Under the pieces are notes generated by a model. That model was not told the origin of the DNA. It made no database searches and worked only from the letters and a program-made list of their open reading frames with translations. Below are positions 9,135 through 18,371 of a stretch of DNA of 64,000 nucleotides, one piece after another. Within the stretch, counting starts at the first letter, position 1. Every line of letters starts with the position of its first letter. This DNA is from Patescibacteria group bacterium (lineage in GTDB: Bacteria; Patescibacteriota; Patescibacteriia; UBA9934), in contig JAGORL010000003.1 in assembly GCA_018062825.1 (NCBI GenBank), positions 72,333-136,332 of the forward strand. The letters run 5' to 3'. Made by a program: the position numbers and the translations under genes.

Positions 9135-9578
9135 ATGCTTTTCGCTGATCAGCCGGATAATTACTCGCCACGCTTCCGCGTTACCTCATGCTTTGTGGAG
9201 TTTAATGGCAAAGTTCTCTTTCTGCATCGGCAAGGCCATAAGCCGCAAGGAAATACCTGGGGCGTTCCAGCTGGGAAAATTGATGGCGACGAGGACATTG
9301 CAACAGCAACAGCGCGCGAAATCTTTGAAGAAACGGGACTAACGATTTCACCTGATCGGATAGCTGAACAAAAGAGAGCTTTTGTTCGGTTTCCGGACTA
9401 TGATTTCGACTACTTTATGCATAGAGTAGTTCTCGATGCCGAGCCTCATATTCTGTTAAGTGACGATGAACACAAGGCATATACCTGGAAAACGCCGCAA
9501 GAGGCGGTTGCAAGCTTGCCACTTATACTTGATGAAGACGCGTGCTTGGCTCTGTATTACAACACCCCTTCATGTTGA
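9135..9578 (+). CDS. NUDIX hydrolase
   Basis: Nudix box GKIDGDEDIATATAREIFEETGL. Confidence 0.75.
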   Translation: MLFADQPDNYSPRFRVTSCFVEFNGKVLFLHRQGHKPQGNTWGVPAGKIDGDEDIATATAREIFEETGLTISPDRIAEQKRAFVRFPDYDFDYFMHRVVLDAEPHILLSDDEHKAYTWKTPQEAVASLPLILDEDACLALYYNTPSC

Positions 9579-9823
9579 TCACCTGCTTTGTAAAACCAAA
9601 CGCTCGAAAAACGGCCATTCTCAAAAGACTTGATGAGTGGTCTTTTTCGATCGCAATACACGCGGCGCCGATCGATGGGGCGGCTAACGAAGAACTTATT
9701 CGATTTTTAGCTAAAGAGCTGCGAGTTCCACAAAATTCACTGATTCTTAAGCGAGGACATCGATCAAAACAAAAAGTCGTGGAGGCGCCAAGTTCGGCTG
9801 ATCTCTCACGACTTCTTTCCTAA
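9572..9823 (+). CDS. DUF167/YggU-family protein
   Basis: Pattern VKPNARK..I...APPIDGAANEELIRFLAKEL.VP.....I..G..S..K.V matches YggU. The start was chosen at the internal Met overlapping the upstream stop. Confidence 0.6.
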   Translation: MLITCFVKPNARKTAILKRLDEWSFSIAIHAAPIDGAANEELIRFLAKELRVPQNSLILKRGHRSKQKVVEAPSSADLSRLLS

Positions 9824-10122
9824 GGCTCGTCGATACCTGGTTCGTGCCAAGGGTTACAGCGCGTGATGCGCAAGACTCCTTTTACACTTCCATGTACTAC
9901 GCCGTGGAGCATAATTGATCGGCGACAGTACTCAGAGCAACTCGGATAAAAGCGACAAAATCCATAGGGATACAGCGCTTTCATTGGACCATGATCAAAC
10001 GACATGGTTTTTTGATACACCATTATTGGAAAAGTGATGATTGCTCGCAAAAGTTGCTTACGCTTTGGCACTAAGGCGAGCTTTTGCGAGTACGGCAAGG
10101 AATCGTTGCTGTTTGGCGTCAT
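9820..10122 (-). CDS. yidD: Membrane protein insertion efficiency factor YidD
   Basis: CRFYPSCSEY and ITRCNPWH motifs. Position after rnpA is canonical. The start codon is uncertain because the ORF overlaps the rnpA 3' end. Confidence 0.7.
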   Translation of the reverse strand: MTPNSNDSLPYSQKLALVPKRKQLLRAIITFPIMVYQKTMSFDHGPMKALYPYGFCRFYPSCSEYCRRSIMLHGVVHGSVKGVLRITRCNPWHEPGIDEP

Positions 10123-10405
10123 AGTCGAGTGTCAGGGCGGGCTTTTGTACCATGCACAATATATCGTATGGCAGATCGAGAATCTCCGGATGTAGCCTGA
10201 TTATTTCTTGATACTGGCGACGGAGGCGGTTGCGATCAACGGCGTTCTTACTGACCTTTGTTCCAACAACGACCGCGAAGCGTCCGTGATCAAGGCCGTT
10301 TGGGGCGTACTTGATTCCGCATGCGCTATCAAAGACGCCCTTTTTTGAACGAAGGACTTTGTTTATATCTGTCTCTTTTCGAAGTCGATGTTTGGCGGCG
10401 TACAT
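10058..10405 (-). CDS. rnpA: Ribonuclease P protein component
   Basis: Basic ~115-aa protein with RNR-like motifs (RNRLRRQYQE) in the rpmH-rnpA-yidD arrangement. Confidence 0.8.
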   Translation of the reverse strand: MYAAKHRLRKETDINKVLRSKKGVFDSACGIKYAPNGLDHGRFAVVVGTKVSKNAVDRNRLRRQYQEIIRLHPEILDLPYDILCMVQKPALTLDYDAKQQRFLAVLAKARLSAKA

Positions 10406-10454
10406 ATGACACCATTATAGGAACAAAAAATCCCGGATGTCCGGGATGATCTGT

Positions 10455-10607
10455 TTAACGCGGACGCGCAGTGACGGTAAGGCGCTTGCGGCCCTTGAGA
10501 CGGCGGCGTTTTAGAACATTGCGGCCATCTTTCGTCTTCATGCGTGCCCGGAACCCATGTACCTTAGCGCGACGGCGCTTCTTGGGTTGGTATGTTCGCT
10601 TGGGCAT
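10455..10607 (-). CDS. rpmH: 50S ribosomal protein L34
   Basis: Hand-translated 50-aa product [45 protein letters not shown]... It is absent from the ORF track because it is shorter than 60 aa. Confidence 0.9.
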   Translation of the reverse strand: MPKRTYQPKKRRRAKVHGFRARMKTKDGRNVLKRRRLKGRKRLTVTARPR

Positions 10608-10798
10608 ATCAGTGGGTAAATACTACTTCCACCCCTAAAAAAAGTCAAACCCTGGCGGAATTAGGTGAGGTGCGGGGTATTGGAGTTAGGGAATAGAGTA
10701 TAGGGTGTGGGGTGCAGGCCCACTTCGTCCTAGCGGACAACGTTGGGGGCGGGGGGGAGCAGTGAGCGTGATTGACAATTTTCAAGGTGGTGAAAAAG

Positions 10799-10876
10799 TT
10801 ATCCCCATTCTGTGCACTCTTATCCCCAATGTGGACAACTTTTCGCTAATCTTTGTCACATTGTTTGTTGTGGATA
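10799..10876. promoter_or_regulatory. oriC element 1: cluster of DnaA boxes upstream of dnaA
   Basis: TTATCCCCA (twice), TGTGGACAA and TGTGGATAT within ~80 bp, followed by an AT-rich tract, directly upstream of dnaA and downstream of rpmH. Confidence 0.7.
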
Positions 10877-10954
10877 TTTTGACTATGATGGCAGCGTCGT
10901 CACGAACAAAGCAGCAGCCGCTTTTGCGGTCGCGCACACGTTGGAATATCGCCT

Positions 10955-12346
10955 ATGAATACGCACGAGTTATGGCAGGCCGTTCTTGGTGAGTTGGAAC
11001 TTAAACTCAGCAAAGCCCACTTCACTACGTGGTTTCGAAATACCTTTATTGCCGAATATCGCACGAACGAGGTAACGATCGGCGTACCGAATAGCATTTC
11101 CCAATCTTGGCTTAAGAATAAGTACCAACGCGACATTCTTGAAGCGATGCAGAACGTTACCAATCAACCAGTACGCGTTCTTGTTTGCCGCATTGAAACA
11201 AAAATTGCTTCACCTCAGCCAATTTCTTTTGAATCTCCGAAGTCCTCAACTTTTTCGACGGAGGAATATGGATTCTCAACAACAAGCGACTCTGTTCCAA
11301 TGCCGCCGCCATCTGGAAATATCGCCATAAATCCAAACTACACATTTAATACCTTTGTTGTAGGTAAGCAGAACGAACTTGCTCACGCCGCAGCCCAGGC
11401 GGTAGCAGCGCAACCGGGCGGCACCTATAATCCGCTTTTTATCTACGGTGGCGTTGGACTTGGTAAAACCCACTTACTTCATGCTATCGCTAACGAAATT
11501 CGCAAGCGCTGGAATGGGGCCAAGATCATGTACGTAACCTGCGAACACTTCACTACAGATTTCATTCACTCGGTTCGCTCCGGTAAAGGAAAAGAGTTCA
11601 AGGATCGTTACCGCAATGTTGATCTTCTTTTGATCGACGATATTCAGTTTATTACCGGTAAAGAGGGTACTCAAGAGGAATTTTTCCATACCTTCAACGC
11701 GCTTCACCAGGATAACAAGCAGATTGTTATCTCTTCAGATCGACCACCGCGCTCGATTGCTGGTCTTGAAAAACGCCTTCAGTCTCGCCTTGAGTGGGGC
11801 ATGCTTGTTGACGTTGGCACTCCAGACCTTGAAACACGGGTAGCGATTCTTGAGCGTAAGTGTATCGAGAAGGGAATAAACCTCACTCGAGAGATCCTGC
11901 ACTATGTTGCCTCGACGATCATCTCGAATGTTCGAGAGCTTGAAGGAGCCCTGAATAAAATCGTAGCCGTACACCAGTTCCGCAACATGGAGCCAAGTTT
12001 GGAATCCGTTAAGCCAATAATCGCCAGCTTTGAGAGTGACAACGTGAAAAAGACCGTTACTCCACGCCAAGTTATTAATATTGTTGCTGAATACTTTGAC
12101 ATTCAGATTGATGACGTTCTTGGTAAGAGCCGTGAAAAGCGTCTTGCATTCCCTCGGCAGATCATCATGTATCTTCTGCGTGAAGAGATGGCGAGTTCAT
12201 ATCCAACGATCGGAACAGAGCTTGGTGGGCGAGATCACACCACTGCAATGCACGCGCACAATAAAATTTCGGGACTTGTTGATACGGATGAGAAGCTTCA
12301 AAAAGATCTTGAGCTTATTAAGCAACGTTTGTACGCTAGCGGTTAA
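10955..12346 (+). CDS. dnaA: Chromosomal replication initiator DnaA
   Basis: Full domain set: AAA+ Walker A GGVGLGKTHL, Walker B LLLIDDIQF, and a C-terminal DNA-binding domain. Confidence 0.95.
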   Translation: MNTHELWQAVLGELELKLSKAHFTTWFRNTFIAEYRTNEVTIGVPNSISQSWLKNKYQRDILEAMQNVTNQPVRVLVCRIETKIASPQPISFESPKSSTFSTEEYGFSTTSDSVPMPPPSGNIAINPNYTFNTFVVGKQNELAHAAAQAVAAQPGGTYNPLFIYGGVGLGKTHLLHAIANEIRKRWNGAKIMYVTCEHFTTDFIHSVRSGKGKEFKDRYRNVDLLLIDDIQFITGKEGTQEEFFHTFNALHQDNKQIVISSDRPPRSIAGLEKRLQSRLEWGMLVDVGTPDLETRVAILERKCIEKGINLTREILHYVASTIISNVRELEGALNKIVAVHQFRNMEPSLESVKPIIASFESDNVKKTVTPRQVINIVAEYFDIQIDDVLGKSREKRLAFPRQIIMYLLREEMASSYPTIGTELGGRDHTTAMHAHNKISGLVDTDEKLQKDLELIKQRLYASG

Positions 12347-12386
12347 TTCTCCCCAGGTGACTGTGGAAAAACTGCAGATATGTGTA

Positions 12387-12598
12387 CAGTGGATAGCTCG
12401 GGGATAAAGCAGTGGATGAGTGGATGGATAAGTATGGGGATGAGCGTGGGACGAACAAGGGACAAAGGCATGGGCTATGAAACAACTTTGTTTCATACAC
12501 AGGCGACTCCCGCGGTCTTCCCAAACTTCTCCACATCAGGGACAATGGAATCGCTCAATAGACAATGCTTGAAGTGGAGTTATCCATGTCATCCACAG
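12387..12598. promoter_or_regulatory. oriC element 2: DnaA-box-like cluster in the dnaA-dnaN spacer
   Basis: Repeated GTGGATAG, GTGGATGA, TGGATGGATAAG, TTATCCATG and CATCCACAG motifs in a 290-bp non-coding spacer. Confidence 0.55.
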
Positions 12599-12640
12599 AC
12601 TCACAGCTACTATCAGTTTAGTAAATAAATTTATCTCTCT

Positions 12641-13774
12641 GTGAAGATCTCCTGTACGAAAGAGAACTTGCACCAAGGTCTCGCAATCGTGAGTCATATA
12701 AGTGGTAAGAATGCTAACTTACCAATACTCAACAATGTTCTGTTAAAAGCGGATGTATCGGGATTGAAGCTTACGGCAACAAATCTTGATATGACGGTGT
12801 CGTGTCATGTTCGTGGCAAGGTTGAACAGCCAGGCGAATATACGGTTCCAGCTCGACTTATTGCGGATTACGTCAGTTTGCTTCCAGACGAGCGAATCGA
12901 TATTGATTTACTCGATAGTGCGATTGCGATTTCTTGTAAGTCATCAAAGACCAAAATGCATGGTCTTCCGGCGGGTGAGTTTCCACTTATTCCTCAGGTT
13001 CAGGGTGGAATCACTTTTTCTGTACCGGTTAAGGCGCTTGATGCTGCGCTTTCACAGACGCTTTTTTCCGTGGCAACAAACGAGGCACGCCAGGTGCTTA
13101 CAGGTGTTTATCTTTATTTTAATGGTGATGCTCGTACGGTGACGGTGGCTGCGACTGATAGTTATCGTTTAGGGGAGAAGGTTATTCCGCTTATTGGTGA
13201 GCAGCTTGGTGAGCGACGAGTTGTTGTTCCGGCTCGCACGCTTGGGGAGCTGCGTCGAGTTTTTAGCGTGCTTCGTGATAGTGTCGAGACTCCGGAAAAT
13301 GTTGATATCGAACTTACGGATAATCAAGTTGCGTTTCGATACGGTAACGTTGAATTATCTTCTCGGACAATCGATGGAGTTTATCCCGACTATCGTCAAA
13401 TTATCCCCAAGTTAGCCACAACTGAGGTGATTGTCCCCAGAAATGAGTTCATGCAGGCGGTGAAGCGCACATCGCTTTTTTCAAAGCAAGGGCTTTTTGA
13501 TGTGAAGCTCGACATGAAGCCGGACAGTAATGAAATCGTACTTTCTGCTAACGATGCTGGTCGTGGAGAACATACCGTAGCTGTCTCTGGTGATATGAAG
13601 GGGTCAGCTAATGCGGTAACGCTTAACTATCGGTATTTACTTGATGGCGTTAGTGCCATGACTTCTGAGAGTATCGTGGTTAAGATCATTGATTCTATGA
13701 ATCCATGTGTCGTTGTTCCACATGAGCAGAAGGATGAGCAGTATCTTTACATCGTGATGCCGATTCGGCAGTAA
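12641..13774 (+). CDS. dnaN: DNA polymerase III beta sliding clamp
   Basis: 377-aa three-domain clamp with typical N-terminus (MKISCTKENL...) located after dnaA. Confidence 0.9.
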   Translation: MKISCTKENLHQGLAIVSHISGKNANLPILNNVLLKADVSGLKLTATNLDMTVSCHVRGKVEQPGEYTVPARLIADYVSLLPDERIDIDLLDSAIAISCKSSKTKMHGLPAGEFPLIPQVQGGITFSVPVKALDAALSQTLFSVATNEARQVLTGVYLYFNGDARTVTVAATDSYRLGEKVIPLIGEQLGERRVVVPARTLGELRRVFSVLRDSVETPENVDIELTDNQVAFRYGNVELSSRTIDGVYPDYRQIIPKLATTEVIVPRNEFMQAVKRTSLFSKQGLFDVKLDMKPDSNEIVLSANDAGRGEHTVAVSGDMKGSANAVTLNYRYLLDGVSAMTSESIVVKIIDSMNPCVVVPHEQKDEQYLYIVMPIRQ

Positions 13775-13777
13775 ACA

Positions 13778-13815
13778 AAAATCCCCCGAGTTTCCAAGGG
13801 GGGATTTTTGTTTTA
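13778..13815. terminator. Bidirectional intrinsic terminator between convergent dnaN and the 3D-domain gene
   Basis: Hairpin AAAAATCCCCCGAG..GGGGGGATTTTTGTTTT with an A-run on the left and a T-run on the right. Confidence 0.7.
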
Positions 13816-13900
13816 GCGCTTGCGCTTTGCCTTTTTTACATGGCGGAGCAGATCGAAGATGTCGATCATACTGATGAGAGTACCGAGGGCTTCAAACATA

Positions 13901-14476
13901 TTATTTTTGCACCGGGTACACCTCGATCGTTACGGTTTTAAGACCGAATTCACGAGCATCAGGAATTTCCTCCATCCAGATGTCGATACGCTTGGTATAG
14001 CGTGGGTTCATGCGGTCTTCAACGATAAAGATTTGATCGCCGAATACCTCAGGAATACGAACGCGGGTACCGAAGGGAAGGAAGTTTGCAGCAATAACAC
14101 CAAAGCGAGTCTGGGTATTACTTGCGGTTGTAAAAGGCGTATCGTCGGTCTGCCAAGGAACGGAGTTATAAGCCGTTGCCTGCACCGTTACTGTGTAGGA
14201 TGGACCGCGAAGATCGGCCTCGGGAAAGGTTCCATACGGAAGTGATTGGTTCTGCATGGCAGCCACTTCAAGCGCCGTAGCCTTGTTTCCTGACAAGGTA
14301 GCGGCAATGGTGGTGCCAGCTGAGGCAGGAATAGCGGCAAAACCGAAGAGCACAAGAAGGGCAGTGAAGGCGGCGGTTTCCACCGGCGCGCTGCGAAGTG
14401 CTTTTGCGATTTGACGTAATGAGAGTAGCTTCATAGGGGAAACAAAAACTTCCGGAAGAACCGGAAGAAACGTCAT
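13901..14476 (-). CDS. 3D-domain (YuiC/MltA-like) cell-wall-binding protein with signal peptide
   Basis: C-terminal region resembles the 3D domain (TATAYNSVPWQTDDTP...GTRVRIPEVFGD..IVEDR..IDIW). The start may be the internal Met at 14434. Confidence 0.55.
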   Translation of the reverse strand: MTFLPVLPEVFVSPMKLLSLRQIAKALRSAPVETAAFTALLVLFGFAAIPASAGTTIAATLSGNKATALEVAAMQNQSLPYGTFPEADLRGPSYTVTVQATAYNSVPWQTDDTPFTTASNTQTRFGVIAANFLPFGTRVRIPEVFGDQIFIVEDRMNPRYTKRIDIWMEEIPDAREFGLKTVTIEVYPVQK

Positions 14477-14636
14477 TATAGCTTATTTTAGCCACTTTGT
14501 CAAGGAAAAATGCCTATAATTTGGCTAATATTAGCTAAATAGCTTTAATAAGCTTCGCTAGCATTAGCCATGTTTTAGTATTTGGGTAGAAAATTGCTTT
14601 ACATCCCTGATTTTTTGGTACACTTTAGATGAATAT

Positions 14637-17573
14637 ATGATCCGCTACTCCCAAGGACGCGATTCGCGCCAATTTTCGGTCAAAGCTATTGTTCGACGTT
14701 TAAAGCGCATGGATAAGCGTGAGCTTACCGTCACTTTACTCAAGAATGGCTTGCTTCTTGCTTTAGCGCTTGGGCTTTTGGGTACACTTTTTGTCGTTGG
14801 ACTGTTTGCATGGTTCTCACGTGATCTTCCGGACCCAAATGCACTTACTGATCGTGATATTGCTGAGACAACAAAGATCTATGATCGTACTGGAACGCAT
14901 GTTTTGTATGAGATTTTTGGTGAAGAGAACCGTACGCTTGTAAAACTCCAAGAGGGATTTTGTAAGGATGATCCTAGTTTTGAAACCGATCCGAACGGTA
15001 TTCCTAATTACGTTTCGCAGGCGGTGCTCACAGCAGAAGACCGAGCTTTTTGTTCGCACTACGGATTTACCGTGAAGGGTATTGCTCGTGCTGTTTTATT
15101 TGGCGGTAGTCGTGGTGGTGGTTCGACCCTCACACAGCAGCTTGTTAAGAATGCTATTTTGAGTAATGAACAGACCATTACGCGTAAGATTAAAGAGTTG
15201 ATGTTGTCTGTTGAGCTTGAGCGTCGTTATTCAAAGGATGAAATTTTGCAGATTTATTTTAACGAGATTCCGTACGGATCTACGTATTACGGTATTCAAG
15301 CAGCTGCACAGAATTTTTACGGTAAAGAGGTTAAGGATTTGACGCTTGCTGAAGCAGCGACGCTTGCCGGTTTACCGCAGTTGCCGACGTATTACATTAA
15401 TAATCCAGATAGTTTGAAGGAGCGACGTGATTGGATTTTGGATAGCATGGTGGAGTTTGGTCACATTACGCAAGAGGAGGCGGATGGAGCGAAGGCTCAG
15501 GATTCAGCTCTTCAAATTACCGTCAGTGACATTGTTGCCCCGCACTTTGTTTTTTACGTGAAGGAGCAGCTTGAGGCGACATATGGGCAGCGAACCGTTG
15601 AGGCTGGAGGTTTAAAAGTTATTACAACGCTTGATTACGACAAACAGTTAGTGGCAGAAACGGCGATTGATAATGGTGTTATTGCAAATGGTGAACGGTA
15701 CGGCTTTTCTGGTGCTGGTCTTGTTTCCGTTGATCCATCAAATGGTCAGGTGTTAGCCATGGTTGGCTCACCAGACTTTTTTAATGAAGAGGCGGCTGGA
15801 CAGGTGAACGTTACGCTTCGTCCGCTTCAGCCAGGATCGAGCATTAAGCCGCTTGTGTATGCTGCGGCCTTTGAGAAGGGTTACACGCCAAATACGACCG
15901 TGTGGGACGTTTTAACGACCTTCCCAACAGCGACTGGCCCATACATTCCAAAGAACTATGATCTTCTTGATCATGGACCGGTGACTTTTAGAAAAGCGTT
16001 ACAGGGATCGCTTAATATTCCTGCGGTTAAGGCGCTCTATCTAGTTGGAATTGATTATGCGCTTAATTTTGCGCAGCGTCTTGGCTATACAACGCTCAAC
16101 GATCCGTCGCGTGTGGGACTTTCTCTTGTGCTTGGAGGAGCTGAGGTTAAACTCATTGAACACACGATGGCGTATGCTGTTTTTGCAAACGGTGGAACGC
16201 TTTATCCAACAGTGAGTATTTTGAAAGTTGAGGATGCTGATGGAAAGGTTCTTGAAGAGGTGAAGGAGGCAAAAGGTGAGCGTGTACTTGATAGCAATAT
16301 TGCTGCCATGATTACGAACGTGCTTGCCGATAACGAAGCCCGATCATGGGTATTTGGTCCAAACAGTTACCTGCAGCTTGGTAATCGTCCGGCTGCGGCA
16401 AAGACCGGTACCACGAACAATTACAATGATGCTTGGACAATGGGTTATACGCCGCAGCTTGTTACTGGTGTTTGGGTTGGTAATGCTGACGGATCTGAGA
16501 TGATCGGTGCGGCTGATGGATCAAAGATCGCAGCCCCAATTTGGAATGAGTACATGAAGTTAGCGCTAAAGGATGCGCCAATCATGAATTTCCCAGCGGT
16601 TACTATTCCGGTTACAGGTAAGGCGATGCTTGATGGTCAGATTCCAGCAACGACGGTTGTTATCGATCGAGCTTCTGGCAAGCTTGCGACTGATCGTACC
16701 CCGGAGCGCATGCGTGAGGAGAAAGTGTGTGGTGAGTATCACTCTATTTTGCACTACGTTGATACCTCTGCGCCACTTGGAGACGTGCCGGCTGACCCAA
16801 CTCGAGATGCAATGTATACCGTCTGGGAGACAGCGATTTCAGATTATATTGTTCGACATAATGCAGAGCTTGCTGAAGGTGAGTTGCCGATTGAGCGTTG
16901 TGTAGTGCCAACTGAATCTGATGATGTTCACACTCGTGCTAATGAGCCGTCTGTTGAGATTACAGCGCCAAATAATCGTGAAGAAGTTGGTCGGGTTATT
17001 ACTGTTGCCCTTGAGGCGATGGTGAAGCGCAGTTTTGATCGCGTTGAATACTTTATCGATGGTTCGTTTGTGGCGGTTAGCGATGACATGGATGGGGCAA
17101 CTGTTATTTTGCCAGGATGGGTGAGTGAGGGGGAACATACGCTTAGTGTTCGTATTTATGATGACGTTGATAATAGTGCAGCGGATGAAGTTAAAGTTCG
17201 GGTAACAGAAGAGGGCAATTCTGCAAATTTCCGGATCGTCAATCCGTTTAACAATCAGGTGATTGAGCGATCACAAGCGACGTATTCCATGGCTATCGAG
17301 GTTCCGAATGTAGAGGATTTTGCAACCGTGAGTGCGAGTGCGCGGAATTTGTGGACGGGTGCGGATATTGCTATTAGTGACGTTAATAATCCGTCGGCTA
17401 TTGTGCAGATGACATGGACACTGCCGGAAGAGGGTGAATATATTATTACGGTTCGAGGTGTAACAATAGGGGGAGCGGTATCTGAAGCGCCGCCTATTAA
17501 GGTCTTTGTGAAGGATCCGGCTGCTTCCGGCGGCATTTCGCTTGAAGACGTTATTGCTGAGATAGATCTTTAG
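14637..17573 (+). CDS. Class A penicillin-binding protein (PBP1A-type transglycosylase/transpeptidase) with a long C-terminal extension
   Basis: GT51 motifs (EDRAFCSHYG, RGGSTLTQQL) and transpeptidase motifs (SSIKP, SLN, KTGT). Confidence 0.9.
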   Translation: MIRYSQGRDSRQFSVKAIVRRLKRMDKRELTVTLLKNGLLLALALGLLGTLFVVGLFAWFSRDLPDPNALTDRDIAETTKIYDRTGTHVLYEIFGEENRTLVKLQEGFCKDDPSFETDPNGIPNYVSQAVLTAEDRAFCSHYGFTVKGIARAVLFGGSRGGGSTLTQQLVKNAILSNEQTITRKIKELMLSVELERRYSKDEILQIYFNEIPYGSTYYGIQAAAQNFYGKEVKDLTLAEAATLAGLPQLPTYYINNPDSLKERRDWILDSMVEFGHITQEEADGAKAQDSALQITVSDIVAPHFVFYVKEQLEATYGQRTVEAGGLKVITTLDYDKQLVAETAIDNGVIANGERYGFSGAGLVSVDPSNGQVLAMVGSPDFFNEEAAGQVNVTLRPLQPGSSIKPLVYAAAFEKGYTPNTTVWDVLTTFPTATGPYIPKNYDLLDHGPVTFRKALQGSLNIPAVKALYLVGIDYALNFAQRLGYTTLNDPSRVGLSLVLGGAEVKLIEHTMAYAVFANGGTLYPTVSILKVEDADGKVLEEVKEAKGERVLDSNIAAMITNVLADNEARSWVFGPNSYLQLGNRPAAAKTGTTNNYNDAWTMGYTPQLVTGVWVGNADGSEMIGAADGSKIAAPIWNEYMKLALKDAPIMNFPAVTIPVTGKAMLDGQIPATTVVIDRASGKLATDRTPERMREEKVCGEYHSILHYVDTSAPLGDVPADPTRDAMYTVWETAISDYIVRHNAELAEGELPIERCVVPTESDDVHTRANEPSVEITAPNNREEVGRVITVALEAMVKRSFDRVEYFIDGSFVAVSDDMDGATVILPGWVSEGEHTLSVRIYDDVDNSAADEVKVRVTEEGNSANFRIVNPFNNQVIERSQATYSMAIEVPNVEDFATVSASARNLWTGADIAISDVNNPSAIVQMTWTLPEEGEYIITVRGVTIGGAVSEAPPIKVFVKDPAASGGISLEDVIAEIDL

Positions 17574-17600
17574 AAAAAAACGGCCAACTGGCCGTTTTTT
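17574..17600 (+). terminator. Intrinsic terminator after the PBP gene
   Basis: AAAAAAACGGCCAACTGGCCGTTTTTT. Confidence 0.7.
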
Positions 17601-17625
17601 CTTTGATGCGCTATTGTAGCTTTGT

Positions 17626-18183
17626 ATGAAACGATTTCTACTTGCTTTAGGAGTGTTGGTACTTTTTGGTGCTGGTTGTTTGTCAAAATCACAGGAGCCG
17701 GTTGAGGTTGTGGGTGATTGGCATCTTGTTTTTGACCTACCAAGTGGGTGGGTAGCAGCTGCGCCATATGATGCACCAGAAGATAAGATTGTCACACTGC
17801 AGCGAGATCTGTCCGCGGACATGAATGAAGTAGTTGTGCAAAATACAGATCGACCTGTTGTACTTGCTAGCGACGTTGATGACGTTGAAGAGTCAGTTCC
17901 GGTCGATTCTTATACCTCAAGTAATTACGTTAAGGTCTCTGTTTTGCAGCTTGACGCACGACGCAAGATTCCAAGCGAAGCCGAGGATCTTGGCAACGGG
18001 TATTTCCGCGTGAAGCTGTGTGAAGATGGAGGTGGCTGCACGACTGGTGGTAAGTGGAATTACGAGTGGTATCTCAAGACGGCAACGGCTTCGTACCGAT
18101 TTACTGCCGTAAGTGACGGTACGGACTTTAGTGCGGTGGAAGGAATTGTGCGCGGCGCAACTGAAGCGACACGTATTGAGTAA
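17626..18183 (+). CDS. Putative lipoprotein
   Basis: Signal peptide with lipobox LFGAGC; no family motif. Confidence 0.5.
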   Translation: MKRFLLALGVLVLFGAGCLSKSQEPVEVVGDWHLVFDLPSGWVAAAPYDAPEDKIVTLQRDLSADMNEVVVQNTDRPVVLASDVDDVEESVPVDSYTSSNYVKVSVLQLDARRKIPSEAEDLGNGYFRVKLCEDGGGCTTGGKWNYEWYLKTATASYRFTAVSDGTDFSAVEGIVRGATEATRIE

Positions 18184-18221
18184 GTAGCAAAAATCCCTCG
18201 CGTATAGCGGGGGATTTTTGA

Positions 18222-18298
18222 TGGAGGCCGTGGCCGGGCTTGAACCGGCGTATAGCGGTTTTGCAGACCGCCGCGTTAACCAGCTTCGCCACACGGCC
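18222..18298 (-). tRNA. tRNA-Cys (GCA)
   Basis: Reverse complement folds as a cloverleaf. Anticodon arm is GCGGT-CTGCAAA-ACCGC, T arm is GGTTCAAGCC, CCA is encoded. Confidence 0.85.
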
Positions 18299-18371
18299 GA
18301 ACAGCGCCGAGCTTAGCAGAATCCTCACTCGATCGCAAGAGTGAAGTGTTATACTTTGGGAAGTAGCTTTC

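Noticed and set aside
13820-14245. 141-aa plus-strand ORF overlapping the 3D-domain gene
   Set aside because: It lies entirely antisense to a gene with a recognisable domain and has no motif of its own.
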